Position numbers and translations under genes: made by a program. The notes beneath the pieces are model-generated. The model made no database searches and was not told the origin of the DNA. It saw only the letters and a program-made list of their open reading frames with translations. Below, in pieces: positions 7,979 through 14,385 of a stretch of 21,043 nucleotides of DNA. Positions within the stretch are counted from its first letter, which is position 1, and every line of letters begins with the position of its first letter. The stretch comes from a virus (lineage: Duplodnaviria > Heunggongvirae > Uroviricota > Caudoviricetes), in IMG/VR virus record IMGVR_UViG_2529292726_000020. One strand, given 5' to 3'.

Positions 7979-9094
7979 ATGTCAGCCATTCACATTTTTA
8001 AAGCCGGTACTCATACCGATATGCACGGCAAAAAACTGCCGTTCACGCCAGACGATCTTGCCGCCTGCGTGAAAGCCTATGACCCGTCCGTCCATGAAGC
8101 ACCACTCGTGATTGGTCATCCCAGAACGGAAGACCCGGCGTGGGGCTGGGTGAAAGCCCTGTCGCTCAGCGGCGTCGATCTGATGGCAGAGCCTGCCCAG
8201 CTGGACCCGCAGTTTGCTGAGATGGTCACCGACGGACGATTCAAAAAAGTGTCCGCCTCTTTCTACCTCCCGGATTCACCGTCCAATCCGAAGCCCGGCG
8301 TGCTCTACCTTCGCCATGTGGGCTTTCTCGGGGCACAGCCACCTTCCGTCAAGGGGCTGAAACAGGTGTCCTTCAGTGAGCAGGAAGAAGGTGTGGTGGA
8401 GTTCGCCGACTGGCAGGCCATCACGAATGCCTCCCTGTGGGGAAAGCTGCGCGATTTTCTGATCGCCCGCTTCAGTCTGGACGAGGCAGAAAAAGTCCTG
8501 CCGGAATGGCAGCTCAACAGTCTGCGCGAAGAGGCGTACCGCGACACACTGTCGCAGGATGCAGCAGGTGCACAATTCAGTGAGACAGGCCCGGGGCCGT
8601 CTTCCGCAAGTAACGAGGAATCATCGATGACAAAAGAAGAGATTGAAGCCCTTCAGGAGGAGAACCGCCGCCTGAAGCAGCAGGCTGCTGATCGCGATGC
8701 GCGTGATGCACAGGTCAGACAGGAGCAACTGCATAAGGACAATGTGGCCTTTGCAGAAAAACTGGTCGCAGAGGGCCGTCTGGCTCCCCGCGCCTCCTCC
8801 GTGGTGGTTGCCCTGCTGGATGCCGTCGCCGGTGGCGACAAGCCGGTGGAGTTTGCTGAGGGGGAAAGCCGCACACCGCTGGCCACCGCCTTTCGTTCAT
8901 TGCTCTCCGACGGGGAGCCGGTGATGAATTTCGCCGAACAGGCCACAAAAGAGCGTGTCGGCGACACGGTGAAGGTGGATGTGGCAGAGTTTGCGGAAGC
9001 CGATCCTGAGCGTCTGGCCCTGCATCAGAAAGCAGTGGCCCTGTCCAAAAAAGAAGGCATCAGCTATGAGGCTGCTGTCGCACGCTGCCTGTAA
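7979..9094 (+). CDS. Head maturation protease / scaffold (Mu I-like)
   Basis: 371 aa. N-terminus (MSAIHIFKAGTHTDMHGKKL..) resembles Mu-like I proteins. The C-terminal third is a charged coiled-coil typical of scaffolding domains. Confidence 0.8.
   Translation: MSAIHIFKAGTHTDMHGKKLPFTPDDLAACVKAYDPSVHEAPLVIGHPRTEDPAWGWVKALSLSGVDLMAEPAQLDPQFAEMVTDGRFKKVSASFYLPDSPSNPKPGVLYLRHVGFLGAQPPSVKGLKQVSFSEQEEGVVEFADWQAITNASLWGKLRDFLIARFSLDEAEKVLPEWQLNSLREEAYRDTLSQDAAGAQFSETGPGPSSASNEESSMTKEEIEALQEENRRLKQQAADRDARDAQVRQEQLHKDNVAFAEKLVAEGRLAPRASSVVVALLDAVAGGDKPVEFAEGESRTPLATAFRSLLSDGEPVMNFAEQATKERVGDTVKVDVAEFAEADPERLALHQKAVALSKKEGISYEAAVARCL
8627..9094 (+). CDS. Candidate nested in-frame scaffold protein (Mu Z-like) from internal start
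   Basis: In-frame ATG at 8627 (MTKEEIEALQEENRRLKQQ..) preceded by GAGGA at 8615-8619. Covers exactly the coiled-coil C-terminal domain. Confidence 0.35.
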   Translation: MTKEEIEALQEENRRLKQQAADRDARDAQVRQEQLHKDNVAFAEKLVAEGRLAPRASSVVVALLDAVAGGDKPVEFAEGESRTPLATAFRSLLSDGEPVMNFAEQATKERVGDTVKVDVAEFAEADPERLALHQKAVALSKKEGISYEAAVARCL

Positions 9095-9108
9095 TTTAAG
9101 GAGAGAGC

Positions 9109-10062
9109 ATGTCTGATTACTTAAAAGGTAAACGTGTCGTTGATCCGGTACTGACCAGTATCGCCCGTGGCTATAAAAATGCCGCATTCATCGGCGAACG
9201 TATTTTCCCCGTCGTGCTGACGGACAAGGAAGGCGTGCGTGTACCGACCTTCGGGAAAACCGCCTTTGTGGAATATGACACCGAGCGTGCCGTCGGGGCG
9301 GACAGCAATGTTCTGGTCCGTGAAAAAACAGGCACGCTGGACCTGGTGCTGGGTGAACACGATCTGGCTGCGCCGGTGGACTATCGCGAGCAGGCGGAGT
9401 CCATGTTTAACGAAGAGAGCAAGGCCATCCGTCGCGCCACGAATGGCGTGAACCTGCGCCGTGAACTTATCGCTGCCCGTCTGGCTCAGGATGAAAAGGT
9501 CTACCGTACCGGGCACGTCAAAAAACTGACAGCCAGTGATCGCTGGGCCGGTGGTAAGGGGGACCCCATCGGGGTGATTGAAGCCGGTATGGAAGCGGTC
9601 CGTACGGCCACGGGGCTGCGTCCTAACCTGATGACCATGGGGGCCGGCGTGATGGCGCTGCTGAAGTTCCACCCGGCGATTCAGGCCGCTATCGGAGCCA
9701 ACGAACGCAAGCGCATCACCACAGAAATCCTGCAGGACCTCTTTCAGATCGAAGAGATCGTCATCGGTGCCCCAGTCTCCCTGCCGTCCATGAAAGCGGC
9801 AATGGATAAGAACAGCGTGCCGGCGGATATCTGGGGAGACAATCTGATGCTGCACTATGTCGGCAAACCGCAGCCGGGGGCGGACAGCGCGGACGAGAAC
9901 GAGCCGTCCTTCGGCTACACCCTGCGTCGTAAGGGGATGCCTGTTGCCGACAAATACGACGGAGCCGGTGGCAAGGTGAAGTACTGCCGTTATACCGATA
10001 TCTACAAAGTCGCCGTGGTTGGTGGCGATGCCGGGTATCTCATTACCGGTATCAGTAAATAA
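9109..10062 (+). CDS. Major head (capsid) protein (Mu T-like)
   Basis: 317 aa, strong SD AAGGAGAG, position directly after protease/scaffold. Confidence 0.8.
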   Translation: MSDYLKGKRVVDPVLTSIARGYKNAAFIGERIFPVVLTDKEGVRVPTFGKTAFVEYDTERAVGADSNVLVREKTGTLDLVLGEHDLAAPVDYREQAESMFNEESKAIRRATNGVNLRRELIAARLAQDEKVYRTGHVKKLTASDRWAGGKGDPIGVIEAGMEAVRTATGLRPNLMTMGAGVMALLKFHPAIQAAIGANERKRITTEILQDLFQIEEIVIGAPVSLPSMKAAMDKNSVPADIWGDNLMLHYVGKPQPGADSADENEPSFGYTLRRKGMPVADKYDGAGGKVKYCRYTDIYKVAVVGGDAGYLITGISK

Positions 10063-10071
10063 GGAGGCGTT

Positions 10072-10410
10072 ATGGGAACCACTCAGCAGGTCATTCTGAT
10101 CACAACCGTAACGGCAGGGGCAGCACTGGCACAGCAGCGTTTTGTCGGGGCAGATAATACCCCCTGTAAAGCCGGTGCCGCAGCGCTCGGGGTTGCCGAA
10201 GTGGATGCTGTTACCGGCGACAGCACGCCGGTGAGCGTTCTGGGCATTATTGCTGTCGAGGCCGGGGCCGCTGTCAGCCGTGGTGTGGCTGTTCAGTCAG
10301 ATGCTCAGGCCAGAGCCGTGCCGCAGTCCGGCGACGGTAAATCCTGTGGTATTGCACTTGATGAAGCCGGGGGTGAAGGCGACGTCATTCGTATCCTGCG
10401 CGGGGTGTGA
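10072..10410 (+). CDS. Small Gly/Ala/Val-rich head-associated protein (DUF2190-like by recollection)
   Basis: 112 aa with SD AGGAGG, immediately after the major head gene. Confidence 0.5.
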   Translation: MGTTQQVILITTVTAGAALAQQRFVGADNTPCKAGAAALGVAEVDAVTGDSTPVSVLGIIAVEAGAAVSRGVAVQSDAQARAVPQSGDGKSCGIALDEAGGEGDVIRILRGV

Positions 10411-10411
10411 C

Positions 10412-10858
10412 ATGTACTGCACCCTGGAGGATTTGCTTGCGCAGGTGCCGGAGCGGACGCTTATCGAGCTCACCAGTGAAGAGATGGACTTCGACTCGCC
10501 TGCAACAGTGAATACCCGTGTGGTGGACAGCTGTATCCGCTATGCCGACGAGCTGATTGATGCCCATCTGCGCGGACGCTATATCCTGCCACTGGCAGAG
10601 ATACCGACTGTTCTGCGGGACATTGCCATCACGCTGGTCCGTTACCGGCTCTACGCCCGCCGCCCGGAAGGTGACCTCCCGGATACGGTGAAGGATGACC
10701 ACAAAGAAGCGCTGCGGCAACTCAGGGAGTTACGTGATAACAGGCTCACGCTGGGGCTGCCGTCCACTCAGAAAGATGTGCCTGAGCCTGGCGAGTTTCG
10801 TGTACGCAGTCGCCCGGCCACTTTCGGCGGTCGTGACGGTTTACTGGAGAAATACTGA
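10412..10858 (+). CDS. Head-tail connector / neck protein (Mu gp36 / DUF1320-like)
   Basis: In-frame ATG at 10412 inside track ORF 10250-10858, adjacent to the upstream stop. N-terminus MYCTLEDLLAQVPERTLIELT fits gp36-like proteins. Confidence 0.65.
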   Translation: MYCTLEDLLAQVPERTLIELTSEEMDFDSPATVNTRVVDSCIRYADELIDAHLRGRYILPLAEIPTVLRDIAITLVRYRLYARRPEGDLPDTVKDDHKEALRQLRELRDNRLTLGLPSTQKDVPEPGEFRVRSRPATFGGRDGLLEKY

Positions 10859-11322
10859 TGAACGTTCTGCCCGTCCTTGATGCGGTACTGGCCCGGTTAC
10901 GCGAGAAGCTGCCGCAACTGCAGGTGGAGTACTTCCCGGAGAAACCGGCTGAATATCGCCTGAACCATCCGGTTGGCGCGTTGCTGTTGAGCTATGCCGG
11001 TTCGCACTTTGACAGGCCGGATGATACCGGTGCGGTGATCCAGTCTCAGACTATCCAGCTCTGCGTCACGGTGGTCTTCCGCCAGCTCAACGGTAAAAAA
11101 GGGGCGATTAATGTCCTGGATGCTGTCCGCCGCATTCTCGGTGGCCACACCCCGCCCGGCTGCCGCCGCCGTATCTGGCTGACCCGCGAGGTGTTTATCG
11201 GTGAAGTCAGGGGGCTGTGGCAGTACGCCCTCGACTTCGCGACTGAAAGCGTCTTTATCGAAGACAGCGATTTACCGTCCGGCCCGCTGTTAACCGAAGT
11301 GAACTATGAGGAAAGCGAGTGA
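10858..11322 (+). CDS. Head completion / tail joining protein (Mu gp37 / DUF1834-like)
   Basis: 154 aa, start overlapping upstream stop. Confidence 0.6.
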   Translation: MNVLPVLDAVLARLREKLPQLQVEYFPEKPAEYRLNHPVGALLLSYAGSHFDRPDDTGAVIQSQTIQLCVTVVFRQLNGKKGAINVLDAVRRILGGHTPPGCRRRIWLTREVFIGEVRGLWQYALDFATESVFIEDSDLPSGPLLTEVNYEESE

Positions 11323-11573
11323 TGAAAGAATACCGCTATTCCGGCCCGGCCAGCGGCGTCACGCTGTCGGACGGAACCGAAATCCTGCTCTGGCCGGGGA
11401 AGACGGTTTCCCTGCCGGAGGAGCATGACTACGTGAAGGTACTGGTGGCGCTGAAACATCTGACGCCGGTACCTGAAGAGACTAAACCCGCCGGCACACC
11501 GGCTGTGCAGTCACCAAAGCGCAGAAGCAGCAGTGACAGCGAAGTGAAAACGGAGGACACCCATGGCAGCTAA
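11322..11573 (+). CDS. Hypothetical small phage protein (position of Mu gp38)
   Basis: ATG at 11322 overlapping the upstream TGA (track lists the GTG at 11319). GAGGAA upstream. Confidence 0.45.
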   Translation: MKEYRYSGPASGVTLSDGTEILLWPGKTVSLPEEHDYVKVLVALKHLTPVPEETKPAGTPAVQSPKRRSSSDSEVKTEDTHGS

Positions 11574-12990
11574 CTATCTGCATGGTCCCGAAACCATTGA
11601 GGTGGAAAACGGTGCCCGCCCGGTTAAAACGGTGAAATCTGCCGTTATTGGCCTGATTGGTACCGCCCCGATGGGGGATGTCAATACGCTGGTACAGTGC
11701 CTGTCTGAGAAAGACGCAGCGGCATTTGGCAGCCAGTTCACCGGCTTTACCATTCCGCAGGCGCTGGATGCGATTTATGACCATGGTGCAGGTACCGTTC
11801 TGGTCATTAACGTCCTCGACCCGGCGAAACATAAAACGGCGATCGAGGATGAGGTGGTTACCTTTGACAAATCGACAGGGCAGGCCAGACTGGCGCATCC
11901 GGTTGTCGCTAATGTGGTGGTGAAAAACAGTGAAGGCAGCACCACCCACACGGCGAACACGGACTACCGTGTTGATGCGCAGGCGGGTGTGCTCACGAAC
12001 CTGGGCAAGGCTATTGAGGCCGGTGGCAGCGTGAAGGTGAGCTATGAGTACGCGGACCCGTCGAAGGTGACTGCGGCGGACATCATCGGCGGGGTGAATA
12101 GCGCCGGAAACCGAACTGGCATGAAGCTGCTTAACGACAGCTTCAACCTGTACGGCTATTTCGCCAAAATTCTGATTGCGCCGGTGTTCTGCACCCAGAA
12201 GAGTGTCGCAGTTGAGCTTATCGCCATGGCAGAGAAGCTGGGCGCGGTAACCTACATTGATGCGCCTGTCGGTACCACCTTTGCACAGGCTCTGGCAGGT
12301 CGTGGCCCGGAAGGCACCATCAACTTCAATACCAGCTCCGACCGCGTCCGTCTGTGCTATCCGCATGTGAAGGTATATGACCCGGTGACAAACACAGAGC
12401 GTCTGGAGCCGCTCAGCCAGCGTGCAGCAGGTCTGCGTGCCAGAGTCGATCTGGACAAGGGCTACTGGTGGTCATCCTCCAATCAGGAGATTCTGGGGAT
12501 CACCGGCGTGGAGCGCCAGCTGTCCGCGATGATTGATGACCCGCAGAGTGAGGTGAACCTGCTTAACGAACAGGGGATCACCACGGTATTCAGCAGTTAC
12601 GGCAGCGGCCTTCGTCTGTGGGGTAACCGGACGGCAGCATGGCCAACGGTCACCCATATGCGTAACTTTGAGAACGTTCGCCGCACCGGTGATGTGATCA
12701 ACGAGTCCATTCGTTATTTCAGCCAGCAGTACATCGACATGCCGATTACTCAGGCGCTGATTGATGCACTGACGGAGTCGGTCAACGCCTACGGTCGCAA
12801 AATGACTGGTGATGGTGCGGTACTGGGCTTCCGTTGCTGGTTTGATCCGGCCCGCAATCCGGAGACGGAGCTGGCCGCCGGGCACCTGTTGCTGAGCTAC
12901 AAATATACGCCACCACCGCCGCTGGAGCGACTGACGTTTGAGACTGAGATCACCTCGGAATACCTGTTAACCCTGAAAGGGGGCAACTGA
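11563..12990 (+). CDS. Tail sheath protein
   Basis: 475 aa, SD GGAGGA, followed directly by the tube gene. Size and position are typical of contractile sheaths. Confidence 0.9.
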   Translation: MAANYLHGPETIEVENGARPVKTVKSAVIGLIGTAPMGDVNTLVQCLSEKDAAAFGSQFTGFTIPQALDAIYDHGAGTVLVINVLDPAKHKTAIEDEVVTFDKSTGQARLAHPVVANVVVKNSEGSTTHTANTDYRVDAQAGVLTNLGKAIEAGGSVKVSYEYADPSKVTAADIIGGVNSAGNRTGMKLLNDSFNLYGYFAKILIAPVFCTQKSVAVELIAMAEKLGAVTYIDAPVGTTFAQALAGRGPEGTINFNTSSDRVRLCYPHVKVYDPVTNTERLEPLSQRAAGLRARVDLDKGYWWSSSNQEILGITGVERQLSAMIDDPQSEVNLLNEQGITTVFSSYGSGLRLWGNRTAAWPTVTHMRNFENVRRTGDVINESIRYFSQQYIDMPITQALIDALTESVNAYGRKMTGDGAVLGFRCWFDPARNPETELAAGHLLLSYKYTPPPPLERLTFETEITSEYLLTLKGGN

Positions 12991-13511
12991 TGTCAAAGAT
13001 TGAGATAAACCGCATCACGAATGCCAACATCTATCTGGATGGTACTAACCTGCTGGGACGGGCTGAGGAAGTTAAACTCCCCGATGTCTCCATGATTATG
13101 CAGGAACACAAGGCACTGGGGATGGTGGGTAAGGTGGAACTCCCGGCTGGTTTTGACAAACTGGAAGGCGAAATCAAATGGAACAGCTTTTACCGCGATG
13201 CGATGCTGTCTGCCGCGAACCCGTACAAGTCGCTGGCGCTGCAGTGTCGCTCCAGCGTCCAGCGCTACAGCTCGCAGGGGCTGATCGACGAAATCCCGCT
13301 GGTCACCTTCCTGACAATTATGTTCAAGAAGAACCCGCTGGGGACGTTTAAACAGCACGAGAACGCCGAGTTCTCCAGTAGCTTCACCTGCACGTATATC
13401 AGACAGGTACTGGATGGTGAAGAGCTGCTGCAACTGGACTATCTGGCCAACATCTTCCGGGTCGGCGGTGTTGATCAACTGACTGACTACCGTATCAATA
13501 TCGGGGGCTGA
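12990..13511 (+). CDS. Tail tube protein
   Basis: 173 aa immediately downstream of the sheath with ATG overlapping its stop. Confidence 0.85.
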   Translation: MSKIEINRITNANIYLDGTNLLGRAEEVKLPDVSMIMQEHKALGMVGKVELPAGFDKLEGEIKWNSFYRDAMLSAANPYKSLALQCRSSVQRYSSQGLIDEIPLVTFLTIMFKKNPLGTFKQHENAEFSSSFTCTYIRQVLDGEELLQLDYLANIFRVGGVDQLTDYRINIGG

Positions 13512-13513
13512 CG

Positions 13514-13795
13514 GTGAGTGTTGAACTGACGGATAAAGGAGGACGATGTGCGGCACTGGGCATGTCAAATGGTACGTGGTTTACCCTCCTTGATATTCCG
13601 GGGGTGGAAACCCTTTTTAATACCCGTAAAACCAATGACCCGATTGACTGCACACGTTCAAAGGCCCGCAAACTGGCGGATTTGATTGAAGCATGGGAGC
13701 CTCCCGACCACTGGTTCTCCGGCACCGGCAAATCTGAGGGAAAGACGCTTCTCATCGCTTTCCTGCGTAACTGCAAGGGGTTTCGCACTTGCTGA
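13514..13795 (+). CDS. Hypothetical protein inserted between tube and tail chaperone (possible moron)
   Basis: Track ORF of 93 aa starting at a GTG (alternative ATG at 13562). Cys-containing, no family recognised. Followed by a hairpin plus T-tract. Confidence 0.4.
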   Translation: MSVELTDKGGRCAALGMSNGTWFTLLDIPGVETLFNTRKTNDPIDCTRSKARKLADLIEAWEPPDHWFSGTGKSEGKTLLIAFLRNCKGFRTC

Positions 13796-13801
13796 CATCA
13801 C

Positions 13802-13830
13802 AGGGGCTCCGGCCCCTTCTTCTTAATCTC
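13802..13830 (+). terminator. Candidate intrinsic terminator (stem AGGGGC/GCCCCT, loop TCCG, then TCTTCTT)
   Basis: GC-rich inverted repeat at 13802-13817 followed by a T-rich tract, directly after the 13514-13795 ORF and just before motif copy 3. Confidence 0.4.
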
Positions 13831-13841
13831 CTTTAATATCC
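13818..13841 (+). promoter_or_regulatory. Recurrent late-promoter-like motif, copy 3 (tcTTAAtctccTTTAATATCc), about 52 bp upstream of the tail chaperone
   Basis: See findings. Confidence 0.4.
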
Positions 13842-13892
13842 GTCACGCGCTTCTCCCGACATACTGCCCTGAACTTACACAGGAGCACAATC

Positions 13893-14228
13893 ATGTCACA
13901 GACCCCATCCGATACTTTTAAATTGTCTTATCCCTTCACCACTGCTGCAGGCACCAGAATTGAGCTGGTTGAACTGAAACGCCTGACGGTAAAAGACCTG
14001 AAGCAGGTGCGCAAAATCAGCAAAAACCCGGCAGACTGGGACGAACCGCTGATTGCCCGCAGTACTGGTCTTCTCCCGGAAGATCTCGACAATATGGATC
14101 TGGCTGATTACCTGCAGTTACAGAAACGATTTCAGCTCATCACGGGGATGGGTGAGAGCAACCAGGGCGCTGACGCAGGCGCAGGGGCTGCTGGCGAGAT
14201 GGTTCCGGTTTCAGCCGGGGGAGATTGA
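13893..14228 (+). CDS. Tail assembly chaperone (P2 gpE / lambda G analogue)
   Basis: 111 aa with SD AGGAG, directly upstream of the tape measure. Gly/Ala-rich low-complexity C-terminus. An overlapping ORF (14053-14310) has no start of its own. Confidence 0.7.
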   Translation: MSQTPSDTFKLSYPFTTAAGTRIELVELKRLTVKDLKQVRKISKNPADWDEPLIARSTGLLPEDLDNMDLADYLQLQKRFQLITGMGESNQGADAGAGAAGEMVPVSAGGD

Positions 14229-14310
14229 TGCCCTCGATACTGACGATCTGGAGATGTGGCTGGAGCAGGCTGAAGAGCAAATAAAAAGCGAGTACGGCGA
14301 CAAATCATAG
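13893..14310 (+). CDS. Predicted frameshift fusion product of the tail chaperone (E+E'-like), requiring a +1 shift
   Basis: Track ORF 14053-14310 is in the +1 frame relative to 13893-14228 and encodes a protein-like acidic helical segment (..ARWFRFQPGEIDALDTDDLEMWLEQAEEQIK..). A G5 run at ~14217-14221 is a possible slip site. Confidence 0.4.
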
Positions 14311-14385
14311 TACAGACAGCCGCCAGTAGCGGCTGTTCTGCGTTATCCCCTCACGTCTTTTCACCTTCCCCGGAGGTTAACCACT

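Noticed and set aside
10250-10411. Longer 202-aa version of the gp36-like gene starting at 10250
   Set aside because: The upstream part overlaps the preceding small head gene in another frame. The ATG at 10412 sits right after that gene's stop, and the conserved N-terminus begins there.
14053-14310. Independent 85-aa gene starting at the TTG at 14053
   Set aside because: It has no RBS and starts with a rare codon inside the chaperone gene. It is better explained as the frameshift extension of the chaperone.
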